A program made the position numbers and the translations under genes. The notes below the pieces were generated by a model, which had not been told where the DNA came from, searched no databases, and saw nothing but the letters and a program-made list of their open reading frames with translations. A DNA stretch of 64,000 bases from positions 9,227-73,226 of the forward strand of contig JAXGWO010000011.1 in assembly GCA_040773245.1 (NCBI GenBank), written 5' to 3'. Positions 1 through 9,761 of this stretch are shown piece after piece. Position 1 is the first letter of the stretch, and each line of letters starts with the position of its first letter. This DNA is from PVC group bacterium. Its GTDB lineage: Bacteria; Auribacterota; Erginobacteria; Erginobacterales; Erginobacteraceae.

Positions 1-387
1 GCTGGCGACCCCGGCGTAGCCCTGCTGCCAGGTCCAGGTCTGGGCGTCCGCCCCGGTCCCGATGGTCAGGCTGAACTCGGCGAACTCGCTGTCGATGAGC
101 CGGTTGCCCGGGCGGGGGGAACTCCAGCCGGCGCTGTTGGTATAGTCCCGGTTCGGGCTGAAGACGTTGTCGTTGATGTAGCGGTTGAGGACCAGGACCG
201 CGTAGAGGGTCTGGTTGACCACGGTGACGTAGAGCCGGCTTCGGCCGATCGAGTAGGCGTAGGGCTGGGAGGGGTAGCGGAGGTTGTCCCCGTCCCCGTA
301 GAAGAGGCCGTTGACCGTCGGCGCGGACGAAGCCGGGGCCGGATCCGCGAGGGCGAACGCCAGCGCCAGGCTGGATGAAACAGCCAT
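1..387 (-). CDS. hypothetical secreted protein, 5' partial in window (N-terminal 129 aa: MAVSSSLALAFALADPAPASSAPTVNGLFYGDGDN...)
   Basis: Minus-strand reading frame runs off the window edge with no stop. ATG lies at ~385-387 and is followed by a signal-peptide-like N-terminus. Composition is protein-like. Absent from the ORF track because it is truncated by the window edge. Confidence 0.4.
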   Translation of the reverse strand, partial: MAVSSSLALAFALADPAPASSAPTVNGLFYGDGDNLRYPSQPYAYSIGRSRLYVTVVNQTLYAVLVLNRYINDNVFSPNRDYTNSAGWSSPRPGNRLIDSEFAEFSLTIGTGADAQTWTWQQGYAGVAS

Positions 388-438
388 AATTAAAATTTTC
401 CTGAACCTGTCCATAATTTTATCCCTGGTTAGTTTCAT

Positions 439-888
439 TTATCCGACCGTATCGCCAACTGTATTATTTGTCCCCTGGTTCTTGTCGTCTTCGCAGTTCT
501 CGTCCTCGCCGGCGAGCCTGAGGCAATTCCGCAGCGCCTCCAGGACCGGGTCGAGGTCTTCCAGGAGGTTCTCCTTGGTCAGGTAGGGGCAGCTCATCTC
601 TCCGGCCGTCTTCCGGAAGGACTGGTTCCCGGTGAAGGAGATGAAGACCACATCAATACCCGGGTAACGGTCCCGAACCTTCCGGGCGAACTCGAATCCG
701 TTCCGCCCCGGGAGGTGGATGTCCACCGTGAGGAGATCGGGGAGGAGGCGCGGGATCGCCGCCCAGGCTTCCTCGGCGCTTCGCGCCTCCCCCACCACCT
801 CGATGAAAGGATAGTGGGCGAGGCATCTGTGGAGAAAACGCCGGAAGCCGGCGTGATCGTCGATCAGCATTGCCCGGTATGTTTTCAT
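439..888 (-). CDS. single-domain response regulator (CheY-like receiver)
   Basis: Track ORF 439..897. Translation 'AMLIDDHAGF...LLTVDIHLPGRNGFEF...VVFISFTGN' has the receiver acidic pocket, the phospho-acceptor Asp and the conserved Lys. Start moved to ATG at 888 (MKTYRAML); the track start is a TTG. Confidence 0.8.
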   Translation of the reverse strand: MKTYRAMLIDDHAGFRRFLHRCLAHYPFIEVVGEARSAEEAWAAIPRLLPDLLTVDIHLPGRNGFEFARKVRDRYPGIDVVFISFTGNQSFRKTAGEMSCPYLTKENLLEDLDPVLEALRNCLRLAGEDENCEDDKNQGTNNTVGDTVG

Positions 889-1038
889 ACAGGGCAAGTA
901 GAACCCGCTCCGCCGAATTGCTCAATACCCCGGAGTGGGTATTTGACGGAGAAGCCGGGAAATGGGTTCCCGGCCCGGGCTTCGGGCTGGCGGCTTCCTG
1001 ACTCCCGCTCCGGCCGGACAGACCGGACGGGGGAATGC

Positions 1039-1683
1039 TTACAGCCGGGGGTTCAGCTGGTGGTCGAGGGCGAGCTTCACCAGCGCGGCGAGGTTGTGGA
1101 CCCCCAGCTTCCCCATCAGGTTCCTGCGGTGGGTCTTCACGGTCTCCGGGCTGAGGTGGAGCCTGTCCCCGATCTCGTTGTTGGTGAGGCCCTCCGCCAG
1201 CAGGCCGAGGATCTCCCGCTCGCGGTCCGAGAGTTCCCCGATGGCGCCGCCCGGCGCCGGTTCCCGGGAACCGGGCGGCCCGGGAGGGAGAAGACCGCGG
1301 AGCGGCGGGCTGAGATAGATTTTCCTCTTCCGGACCGCGCCGATCGCCTCCGTCAGCTCTTCCACCACGCACTCCTTGAGGAGGTAGGCCGAGGCGCCGT
1401 ATTGGAGGGCGCTGTTCACGAAGGCCTTTTCCCGGTGGATGGAGAGGATGATGACCCAGGTCCCCTGGTCGAGGCCGACGATCTGCCGGACGGCTTCCAG
1501 GCCGTTCAGCCCCGGCATACTGATGTCGAGAACGGCGATCTCCGGTTTCAGGCGGCGGGCCAGGTCCACCGCCTTCAGCCCGTCGGCGGCTTCGATGATT
1601 ACGCAGCCGGGAACGTCTTTCTCCAGGATCGCCCGGAGGCCCTTCCTGACCACGTCGTGATCGTCGGCGAGGAGAATTTTCAT
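1039..1683 (-). CDS. NarL/FixJ-family response regulator (REC + LuxR-type HTH)
   Basis: MKILLADDHD...VLDISMPGLNG receiver domain. C-terminal 'LSDREREILGLLAEGLTNNEIGDRLHLSPETVKTHRRNLMGKLG' is a LuxR/GerE HTH. Lies 2 nt downstream of the kinase stop, suggesting translational coupling. Confidence 0.9.
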   Translation of the reverse strand: MKILLADDHDVVRKGLRAILEKDVPGCVIIEAADGLKAVDLARRLKPEIAVLDISMPGLNGLEAVRQIVGLDQGTWVIILSIHREKAFVNSALQYGASAYLLKECVVEELTEAIGAVRKRKIYLSPPLRGLLPPGPPGSREPAPGGAIGELSDREREILGLLAEGLTNNEIGDRLHLSPETVKTHRRNLMGKLGVHNLAALVKLALDHQLNPRL

Positions 1684-1685
1684 GA

Positions 1686-4223
1686 CTATGATTGTTTATG
1701 GTTCACGGATTGAATGGTATCCCGATTGTCTGTTTCTCCTGGTCGCAGGGGAAGGTTGACGAAGAGGGTGGTTCCCTTCCCCGGACTGGATTCGATTTGC
1801 AGGGTTCCGCCCTCGGCGGACGCCCGTTCCCGCATCCCCAGCAGGCCGAGTCCCTCGGTCTTCGAGGTCCGGTCCGGGAGGAACCCCCGGCCGTCGTCCC
1901 GGATCGTCACCGCGATACCGGATTCTCCCCGGCGGATGGTGATCCGGGCGTTTCGGGCCCCGGCGTGCTTGATGACATTGGTAAGGGCTTCCTGGACGAT
2001 CCGGTAGACGGCGATATCCAGGGCCGGGGAGAGGCGTTCCTCCAGCCCGGCGGCATCCAGGGCGATCGCCACCCCGCTCCGGGAAGAGAGGTTCCGGGTC
2101 TCCTCCTCGAGCACGGGCCGGAGGCCGATCTTGTCGATGCTCTCCGGACGGAGGCCCGAGGATATGCGGCGGACGTCGGCGATGAGCTTGTCCGTCGTCC
2201 GGATCGCCTCGTCGATCTCCCCGGCCAGCCCGGGGTCCAGGTTCGGGTGGTCCTTTTTGGCCAGCGCCAGGCCGATCTTGATCGTCGCCAGGTCCTGGCC
2301 GAGGTGGTCGTGGAGTTCCCGGGCGAGGTGTTTGCGCTCCTCCTCCTGGAACCTGATCAGCGCCTTGGAAAGCCTTCTCAGATGTTCGGCCTCCGCCGCC
2401 TGTTTCTGTCCGGTAAGGTTGGCGAGGATAAGGTACAGGCGTTCCCCGCCCGATGAACGATGGAGAACGGCGCTGACCTGCAGCGGGAACGCGGTCCCGT
2501 TCTTCTTCCTGCCCGTGGATTCGAAGATCTGCGGCCCATTCTCCTCTATCTTCTTCACCAGGTTATCCAGGTCCGCCCGGCCGATCTCCGGTACAATATT
2601 CCGGAGCCGGGGCATATCCTCCGCCGAATACCCGAAGATGGCGGAACCGGCGGGGTTGATTGATTCGATTGTCCCGTCCCGGCCGAGCAGGCAGATCCCC
2701 ACCGGGGAGATCTCGAAGATGCTCCGGTGCCGCTCTTCGCTGGAGCGCAGGGCCTCCTCCGCCTGCTGGCCGGCGACAAAACGGCCCAGGCGCGCGGCAA
2801 CGGTCTGGAGCAGGCTCTTTTCCTGGTCCAGGAACGGGTCCTCGCCGGCTCCGTCCGGCGCCTCGAGATAACCGACTTCCACCTCGCCGATTCTCGTTTC
2901 CCTGACCGCCACTTCGGCCGTGATTTTCCGCTCCGTCTCCCGCCAGTTGCCGGTCGCGGCCTCGTTTGCGCCGATCCTGACTTTCGCGCCGGCGAGCCCG
3001 GGGTAACGGAGCGCCGGCGGCAGGACGTTGACGATCCTCTCCAGCCTCTCGCCCAGCGAGAGCCCCGGGATTTCCTTGATCGACGAGATCGAGTACAGGC
3101 AGTCCAGCTCCTTGACCCTCTCGTTAAGGATTTCCGCCAGCTTCTCCTTCTCCCGCTCGATCCGCTTGCGCTCGGAAATATCGTGGACGATCGACAGGAC
3201 GCATTCCTCGTCCCGGATGTTGATGATCTCTCCCGAATACAGGACCCGCCGGATGGCCCCCGTCTTGGTCCGAACGTCGAATTCATAATCACGGACCCGG
3301 GAATCGGCCCGCAGGTCCGCTATCACCTTCTCCCGTTCCCGGGGATCGACCCACAGGCCCAGGTCGATGGCGGTCCTGGAAAGGGCCTCCCCGCGGGGAT
3401 ATCCCGTCAGGCGGGTGAAACTATCGTTGACTTCGATGAACCGCCCGTCCCCCAGGCGGGAGAGCAGCACGGCGTCCGGGCCCGCCCGGAAGGCCTTGCA
3501 GAACTTCTCCTCGCTCAGCCGTAGATCCTCCTCTGTCCGCTGCCGAGCGGCTATATCATTCTCCAGATCTGCGGATAAGCGTTGATTAACCATCAGGTTC
3601 AGGGAAAAAGTCAGCACGATAAAGAACATCTGATAGCTGAGAAGGAAGAGTTTTTCATAGATATTGGTGCTGAACAGGTCCTCGCCCGAAGGAACCGCCA
3701 CCTCGATCAGGATACGGGCGACGCTGATCAGGAGAACGGCCGCCAAGACATACCCCACGCCCTTCGTGATGCGGAGCATTTCCGGGGGGCTTCGCCGGAG
3801 CATCAGCCAGGCGCCCTGGAGACAGACCAGCAATAGGGCCGAGGAGATGAGGATATTGCGCGCCGTCAGATCCGGGGAGACAACGGCGAAATACCCGTGG
3901 GCGGCGGCGAAGACCGCCAGCAGGATCCAGTTGTGGAACTGAGGGGTGCGCCGGGCCGTGAACCGCTCCAGGCCGGCGTAAAGCAGGATGGTGCCGCCGA
4001 CGGCCATCGTATTGCTGACCGTCATCGAAAGAACATCCGGCACTGCCCCTCGGAGCGTGATCAGCATCAGGGCTGTGAACTGCAGGATAAAGTCGGCCGC
4101 CCAGAAACCCAAACCGGCGAAACGGGCGCGGTTCCGTCTCCAGAGCAGCGTTATGACGACCATACAGATGAAATTGCTGATCGCGTAACTGAAGACTATG
4201 GTTCGCATATCCAGCAGGTTCAT
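1686..4223 (-). CDS. sensor histidine kinase (multi-TM N-terminus, PAS repeats, HisKA_3 + HATPase_c)
   Basis: 845 aa. Hydrophobic 7TM-like N-terminus. PAS-like segments. H-box 'LARELHDHLGQDLATIKIGL' is of the NarL-partner HisKA_3 type. ATPase G-boxes 'IRDDGRGF' and 'GLGLLGMRERA'. Confidence 0.9.
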   Translation of the reverse strand: MNLLDMRTIVFSYAISNFICMVVITLLWRRNRARFAGLGFWAADFILQFTALMLITLRGAVPDVLSMTVSNTMAVGGTILLYAGLERFTARRTPQFHNWILLAVFAAAHGYFAVVSPDLTARNILISSALLLVCLQGAWLMLRRSPPEMLRITKGVGYVLAAVLLISVARILIEVAVPSGEDLFSTNIYEKLFLLSYQMFFIVLTFSLNLMVNQRLSADLENDIAARQRTEEDLRLSEEKFCKAFRAGPDAVLLSRLGDGRFIEVNDSFTRLTGYPRGEALSRTAIDLGLWVDPREREKVIADLRADSRVRDYEFDVRTKTGAIRRVLYSGEIINIRDEECVLSIVHDISERKRIEREKEKLAEILNERVKELDCLYSISSIKEIPGLSLGERLERIVNVLPPALRYPGLAGAKVRIGANEAATGNWRETERKITAEVAVRETRIGEVEVGYLEAPDGAGEDPFLDQEKSLLQTVAARLGRFVAGQQAEEALRSSEERHRSIFEISPVGICLLGRDGTIESINPAGSAIFGYSAEDMPRLRNIVPEIGRADLDNLVKKIEENGPQIFESTGRKKNGTAFPLQVSAVLHRSSGGERLYLILANLTGQKQAAEAEHLRRLSKALIRFQEEERKHLARELHDHLGQDLATIKIGLALAKKDHPNLDPGLAGEIDEAIRTTDKLIADVRRISSGLRPESIDKIGLRPVLEEETRNLSSRSGVAIALDAAGLEERLSPALDIAVYRIVQEALTNVIKHAGARNARITIRRGESGIAVTIRDDGRGFLPDRTSKTEGLGLLGMRERASAEGGTLQIESSPGKGTTLFVNLPLRPGETDNRDTIQSVNHKQS

Positions 4224-4522
4224 AACGCCTCTTCTTCTATAAACTTGCGATGACCGAGATCATCAGCAGGTACCCCTCGACCCGGTTGACGGCCTCGCAT
4301 TTGATCGTCTTCACCTGATTCCCGGATCGCCCTCACGCTGTCTGTCCGGAGTTTGTACGGCTGTGGCTATGAACAAAAGATGATTGGCCCTTTCAACCGG
4401 GCAAGTCAACAGGATTCGCCGGCGGGAAGTTCCCGCGCTGATCCGGGGCTGAAGCCCCGGACCGATGCGGAAGGAATCCTCCCGCCCCCGGGAGGCCCGC
4501 GGGCGCTCGGACCGTCCTGACC

Positions 4523-4551
4523 TTGACTTTTGCCGGGGCATCGGTTATAAT
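4523..4551 (+). promoter_or_regulatory. sigma-70-type promoter: TTGACT, 17-nt spacer, TATAAT, upstream of the C25 peptidase gene
   Basis: Sequence cTTGACTtttgccggggcatcggtTATAATtagc, about 70 nt upstream of ATG 4621. Purine-rich SD (AAGGGGGGGTG) lies immediately before the ATG. Confidence 0.5.
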
Positions 4552-4620
4552 TAGCTACCTTATTGGATCTCGACCGACAATTCACAACCAGAGGTTGACA
4601 CTGGATGAAGGGGGGGTGAA

Positions 4621-7600
4621 ATGAGCAAGTTCGCCGTAACGGTGTCAGCCGCTGTCATTCTCGCGGGTTCGGTTCCCGGGTCCGGAACCCCCGCCCCCCG
4701 CTGGGTCGGACTCACCCGGCAGTCAAAAAACGACCGGCCGATCAGCCGGGTCCTCCCGGCGGAATCGTCCCCTGACTCCGTTCTCCTCCGGATTGTGCTC
4801 CCCGGCTTTTTCCTGGACGAGCAGGAGATGGCCGACGGCCGGACCTATGCCGTGATCAATGTCCCCGGCGCCGGTTCCCACCGGGTCGGGTACCCCGATC
4901 TCCCGGTCTTCGGGGAAACCATCCTGGTGCCGAACGGCACCGTTCCGGTCATCGAGGTCGAGCCCGGGGAAGCCCTGGTTTACGAGGGGATGGACATTTC
5001 CCCCCTTCAGCCGCCCCCGACCGACGGCGGCCGGCCGCCTTTCACGAAAGACCCGGACGTCTACGCCCGGGACGATGATTTCCCGGCCGGGTTCGCCTCC
5101 CTGGAGCCGGTTGCCAGGATCCGGGGCCGGGAGACCGCCATCCTCTGGATTTACCCTTACCGGTATAACCCGGCCCGGGGGCTCCTCTCCGTTTACCCGG
5201 ATCTCCGGGTGACCGTCCGGTTCGCGGGGTCGCGCCGGCCGTCCCCCGCCCGTCTGAATAGCCATTCCTTCGACCGGTTGCTCGGCCGGGTGGCCGTCAA
5301 CGCGGACGCGGTCCTGGCCGCTGCCGCGGAGGAAGATACCGCCCGGCCTTCCGCCCGGGGAAAATCCGCCGCCCGCGGCAGCGGATCGGCGGGGTCCTGC
5401 GATTACCTGATCGTCACCCATTCCGATTTCTCGGAAGCCGCGGCAGTCCTGGCCGCCTGGAAGCGGAAGGCCGGTTTCCCGACCCACGTGGCGACGACCG
5501 CCGAGACCGGGGGCACCGCCGCGGAGATCATCGCCTACCTGCAGGACGCCTACGATACCTGGGATCCCGCTCCCGCCTACGTTCTCTTCATCGGGGACGC
5601 GGAATTCCTGCCCACCAATTACCGGACGACCCATCCCTACAGCGGCGCCACGATCGGGACTGATCTCTACTACGCCACCCTCGACGGGAGCGACTACTTC
5701 CCCGACATCATCACCGGGCGGATCTCGGTGGACACGGCGGAGCAGGCGATGAAGCGGGTGAACGACATCATCGGGTATGAGACCGACCCGGTGACCGAGG
5801 AATCCTTCTACGCCACCGCCGCCATCTGCACCCTGTTCCAGCACTACGCCGACGGTTACGCCGAGCGGCGCTTCGCCCAGACCTCCGAGGACCTGGCCGT
5901 CTACCTCTCCGACCCGGATTACCTGGGCGAGTACTCGGTGGAGCGCTTTTACTACACCGGGGCGGACGTCACTCCGCTCTACTGGTCCGTCTTCTATTTC
6001 AGCGGCGGCCCGGCCGGGGCCGCCGGCGACCCGATCCCCGCCTACCTCAAGAAGCCGGGTTTCCCCTGGGACGCCAGCGCCGCCGACATCTCGGCCGCCG
6101 TCAACGCCGGCCGTTTCCTGGTCACCCACCGGGACCACGGCTCGGCCACCTCCTGGGGTTCGCCCTACTACTCCACCGCGCACGTCTCCGCCCTGGCCAA
6201 CGGGGAGAAGCTCCCCGTGGTCTGGTCCGTCAACTGCAGCACCGGTTTCTTCGACAAGGAGACCTGCGACTCCCCCAGCTCCACCGTCTCCTTCAGTGAG
6301 ACCTGGGAACGAAACCCCCTCGGCGGCGCGGCGGGCATTATCGCCGCCACCCGGGTCAGTTACAGCGGCCACAACGACCGCCTCTTCTGGGGCTGGATCG
6401 ACGCTGTCTGGCCCGAGTTCGTCGCCGGTTTTTCCGGACCGGAAACCTCCTATCTCCGGATGGGCGACGTCCTCAATTACGGCAAGTTCTATTACGCCAC
6501 CACGTATGCCGAATCCATTTACCGGAAGGTGGAGTTCGAGATCTTCCACTGGTTCGGGGACCCGGCGATGATGATCCGGACCCGGGTCCCGGAGACGCTG
6601 TCGGTCTTCCATCCGGCCCTGGTCTTCCAGGGGGTCCCGGTGGACTTCGAGGTCGCGGTGGAATGCGGCGGGAGTCCGCTGGAAGGGGCGACCGTCACCC
6701 TGTACCGGGAGGACGTCCCCGGTGATTACCGGACGTCGACGACCGACGGAACGGGAACGGCGATCTTCGCTGGCCTGGCCGCGAGCGAGACCGGGGAGTA
6801 CGAACTGGTGGTGACCGCGCCCGAGACCGTCCCCTACCAGGGCACGTTCAGCTCGCTGGACGCGCCCACCCCGTCCCCCGCTCCCTCCCCCTCGCCGACG
6901 GCCGTCACCTGGCCCGGCTCCGGGGACAGCGAGGTCGGGTACGGCCTGCCCGCCGGATTCGAACCCAGCGGGGTCGTCTGGCACGAGCGGCTCGGGGTGC
7001 TCTTCGTCGTCGGCGACGGCGGGCACGTCGCCCGGATGGACGAGTACGGCGCGGGGGTAACCATCTGGAGCCCCGGCGGAGACCTCGAGGGGATCGCCGT
7101 CGTCGACCCCGCCACCGATTACCTCTACCTGGGGGTCGAAGACCCCGATTCGATCCGGGAGTTCGATTTCGCCGCCGGGGCGCTGACCGGCCGTTCCTGG
7201 GCGCTCACCGACTGGATGACCGGCGCCGCCAACTCCGGCCTGGAAGCGCTCACCTTCGTCCCCGACGGCCATCACCCCTATTCCGCCTCTTCCTCGGGAG
7301 GCCTCTTCTACGCCGGCCTCCAGGCCGACGGCAAGATCTACGTCTTCGACGTCGACCTCTCCCCCGGCGGGGGCGTGGCCCACGTCGACACGATCGTGCC
7401 GGTCTCCGGCCGGTCCGACCTCTCCGGGCTGCACTACCATCGGGAGAACCGGACCCTTTACGCCGTCTTCGACGGTTCCAACCGCCTTCGGGAGATGGAG
7501 GCGGACGGGACCCTGATCGCCGAGTACCCTCTCCCCGGCAACGACCAGGAAGGAGTCACCCTCAAACCCTCCTGCCCCTCTCCGGTCACTTCCCTCTTCA

Positions 7601-8367
7601 TCGCCGAGGACGTGGGGCCCGAGGTCTGGAGATACGACGGTTATCCGGTCAACTGCGTTGCCGCCACCCCGGTCCCGACCACCACGCCGCCGCCCCAGCC
7701 GGTGGTGTGGGCGAGCTGGGAGGGACTGGTGGGGCGGTGGAGCTTCGACGAGGGGAGCGGGCTGACGGCGCGGGACGCGGCGGGGGAGAACGACGGGACC
7801 TTCCTGGGTATGGGGGAGGAGGCCTGGGACGCGGAGGGGAGGTTCGGGGGCTGCGTCTCCTTCTCGGGCGTCTCCGGGGAGCGGGTGGACTGCGGGAGCG
7901 CGGCCGCGCTCGACCTGCAGGCGGAGGGGACGGTGGTGGCCTGGGTATACAACCGCACCCTGACCGCCTACCGGGGCTACCTGGGTCGCTACCCGGACTG
8001 GCTGACGGGGGGCTGGTACCTGACGCCGGTGAACGGGGGGAAGCTGAAGCTGGTGGCCTGGGACGCGGAGGGGGATTACAACACCTGCGAGTCGTCGGTC
8101 CTGGAGACGGGGAGGTGGCAGTTCGTGGCCTGGCGGTGGGAGGATGGGGTGGCCACCGTCTTCATCGACGGGACCTCCTTCAGCGCCCCGGCGGCCGGGG
8201 CCGCGATCCGGAGCTGCCCGGGTGGGAGCCTGGAGATCGGGCGGCACACCTCGGGAGGGATCTCCTTCGACGGGAAGATCGACGAGGTGGGCGTCTTCAA
8301 CCGGGCGCTGTCGGACTCCGAGATCGCCCAGATCCGCGACAACGCCACCCCCGTTCCGACTCCTTAG
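4621..8367 (+). CDS. secreted peptidase C25 (gingipain-like) family protein with central beta-propeller-like region and C-terminal LamG/concanavalin-like domain
   Basis: Signal peptide MSKFAVTVSAAVILAGS. Region 'YLIVTHSDF...GTDLYYATLDGSDYFPDIITGRIS...THRDHGS...VNCSTGFF' matches the C25 His/Cys catalytic arrangement. C-terminal ~200 aa 'GTVVAWVY...GKLKLVAWDAEG...VFIDG...GRHTSGGISFDGKIDEVGVFNRALS' is a LamG jelly-roll. A Pro/Ser/Thr linker is present. Confidence 0.85.
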   Translation: MSKFAVTVSAAVILAGSVPGSGTPAPRWVGLTRQSKNDRPISRVLPAESSPDSVLLRIVLPGFFLDEQEMADGRTYAVINVPGAGSHRVGYPDLPVFGETILVPNGTVPVIEVEPGEALVYEGMDISPLQPPPTDGGRPPFTKDPDVYARDDDFPAGFASLEPVARIRGRETAILWIYPYRYNPARGLLSVYPDLRVTVRFAGSRRPSPARLNSHSFDRLLGRVAVNADAVLAAAAEEDTARPSARGKSAARGSGSAGSCDYLIVTHSDFSEAAAVLAAWKRKAGFPTHVATTAETGGTAAEIIAYLQDAYDTWDPAPAYVLFIGDAEFLPTNYRTTHPYSGATIGTDLYYATLDGSDYFPDIITGRISVDTAEQAMKRVNDIIGYETDPVTEESFYATAAICTLFQHYADGYAERRFAQTSEDLAVYLSDPDYLGEYSVERFYYTGADVTPLYWSVFYFSGGPAGAAGDPIPAYLKKPGFPWDASAADISAAVNAGRFLVTHRDHGSATSWGSPYYSTAHVSALANGEKLPVVWSVNCSTGFFDKETCDSPSSTVSFSETWERNPLGGAAGIIAATRVSYSGHNDRLFWGWIDAVWPEFVAGFSGPETSYLRMGDVLNYGKFYYATTYAESIYRKVEFEIFHWFGDPAMMIRTRVPETLSVFHPALVFQGVPVDFEVAVECGGSPLEGATVTLYREDVPGDYRTSTTDGTGTAIFAGLAASETGEYELVVTAPETVPYQGTFSSLDAPTPSPAPSPSPTAVTWPGSGDSEVGYGLPAGFEPSGVVWHERLGVLFVVGDGGHVARMDEYGAGVTIWSPGGDLEGIAVVDPATDYLYLGVEDPDSIREFDFAAGALTGRSWALTDWMTGAANSGLEALTFVPDGHHPYSASSSGGLFYAGLQADGKIYVFDVDLSPGGGVAHVDTIVPVSGRSDLSGLHYHRENRTLYAVFDGSNRLREMEADGTLIAEYPLPGNDQEGVTLKPSCPSPVTSLFIAEDVGPEVWRYDGYPVNCVAATPVPTTTPPPQPVVWASWEGLVGRWSFDEGSGLTARDAAGENDGTFLGMGEEAWDAEGRFGGCVSFSGVSGERVDCGSAAALDLQAEGTVVAWVYNRTLTAYRGYLGRYPDWLTGGWYLTPVNGGKLKLVAWDAEGDYNTCESSVLETGRWQFVAWRWEDGVATVFIDGTSFSAPAAGAAIRSCPGGSLEIGRHTSGGISFDGKIDEVGVFNRALSDSEIAQIRDNATPVPTP

Positions 8368-8459
8368 GCTTGGTCGGAATCGCCCGGGGCCGGGTGCGAA
8401 TAAACACCGCCGGGGATATCGCGGTAACCGGATTATTTGAACCGATTAAAATAAGCTCC

Positions 8460-9752
8460 TTGTACCGCAAGCTCATCCATCTTACCGCCCTGGCGGTTCT
8501 GCTGCTGTCTCAGCGCTCCGGAATCGCCGCCGACTCCGCGCCCGGTCTCTCTCCCTTCGCGGCCTTCGCGGAAGGCTCTTTCCGGGCGAAGTTCCGGAGC
8601 TACTACATCAACCGGGAATACGACCGGGTGGGCGGGGCGCCCGAGCGGCGGATCCAGGAGAGCCTGGCGGCCGGCGGTTGGCTGGGATACGAGACCGCGG
8701 ACTATTATGGCCTCGGGCTCGGCGCGGTGGTCTACGCCTCGCAGGGGCTGCTGGTCAACAACCCCAACTTCGGCGGGGGCGGGATCCTGGGGCCGGAGAA
8801 CGAGAGCTACTCCGCCCTCGGGCAGGCCTACCTCCAGTACCGCCGCGCCGGCGCCACCCTCCGCCTCTACCGCCAGGGGCTCGACACCCCCTTCATCAAC
8901 GACTTCGACACCAAGATGACCCCCCGCACCTGGGAGGCCTACACCCTCCGTCACGACGGCATCCCCGGGCTCGCCCTGACCGCCTCCTTCGTCCGCCAGA
9001 TCAAGGGCTGGTATGATACCGACTTCCAGTATATGGGCGAGTTCGTCAACAACGACGGCACCTACCGGGTGAACAAGTCCAACCTCCCGGTCTCCCTGGC
9101 GGGGGCGGTCTGGGCGCCGGCGGAGGGGTGCAAATTCCAACTCTGGGACTACTTCGCCTGGGATTATTTCAACGGCGTCTATCTCCAGGGAAACGCTTCC
9201 TGGCCGCTCGCCGCCGACGGGCTCACCCTGGGGCTGGCCCTCCAGGGCTGGGCGCAGCGCTCGGTCGGCGAAGAGGCGGGGGGGTATTTCAACACCTGTT
9301 TCGGCGGCGGCCAGGCCGACCTCGGCTGGAAGGGGTGGACGCTCCACCTGGTCTACACCGTCACCGACCGCGGTTACCGGGTCGTCAACCCCTGGGGGAA
9401 CTCCTTCAGCTTCGCCTCCATCTTCGAGGAGGATTACGACTACGCCGGCGAGCAGGCCTACGTGGCCGGCCTGGAGTACGACTTCTCTCAGACGCTGCTC
9501 GAGGGGTTGACCGCGGCCGTCTATGCCTGTTGGGGCGACGCCCCCCGGTCCGGGCCCGGGGCTTCGGCGGACCAGAGGGAGTACGATTTCTTCATCAAGT
9601 ACCGCCCGGACCCCGCGCTCGACGGCCTGCACCTGAAGATCGAGGGCGCCCTCGTCGACAGCGAGCAGGCCTTCCCCGGCGCCGAGGACTATCACGACAT
9701 CCGGTTCATCCTCAACTACGACTTCGGCTTCGGCATCGGGCCGAAGACGTAA
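8460..9752 (+). CDS. OprD-family outer-membrane porin
   Basis: Track ORF 7707..9752 carries a spurious Gly/Arg-rich N-terminal extension that overlaps the peptidase gene. The real protein probably starts at TTG ~8460 (LYRKLIHLTALAVLLLSQRSGIAA signal peptide). 'FRAKFRSYYINREYDR' and 'WLGYETADYYGLGLGAVVYASQGL' resemble the OprD N-terminal signature regions. Composition is beta-barrel-like (Tyr/Gly/Asp-rich). Confidence 0.7.
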   Translation: MYRKLIHLTALAVLLLSQRSGIAADSAPGLSPFAAFAEGSFRAKFRSYYINREYDRVGGAPERRIQESLAAGGWLGYETADYYGLGLGAVVYASQGLLVNNPNFGGGGILGPENESYSALGQAYLQYRRAGATLRLYRQGLDTPFINDFDTKMTPRTWEAYTLRHDGIPGLALTASFVRQIKGWYDTDFQYMGEFVNNDGTYRVNKSNLPVSLAGAVWAPAEGCKFQLWDYFAWDYFNGVYLQGNASWPLAADGLTLGLALQGWAQRSVGEEAGGYFNTCFGGGQADLGWKGWTLHLVYTVTDRGYRVVNPWGNSFSFASIFEEDYDYAGEQAYVAGLEYDFSQTLLEGLTAAVYACWGDAPRSGPGASADQREYDFFIKYRPDPALDGLHLKIEGALVDSEQAFPGAEDYHDIRFILNYDFGFGIGPKT

Positions 9753-9761
9753 CCAGGGGTG

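Noticed and set aside
653-1713. ORFs 653..1372(-), 715..1713(+), 962..1318(+)
   Set aside because: Overlap the two response-regulator genes in other frames. Low-complexity Arg/Pro/Gly translations.
4723-8247. 1174-aa minus-strand ORF
   Set aside because: Antisense to the C25 peptidase gene, which has clear family motifs. Pro/Gly/Arg-rich composition typical of GC-rich antisense frames. No start-site signals.
7707-8459. Upstream 250 codons of track ORF 7707..9752
   Set aside because: Overlap the 3' end of the peptidase gene. Gly/Arg-rich repetitive translation. The porin signal peptide begins at ~8460.
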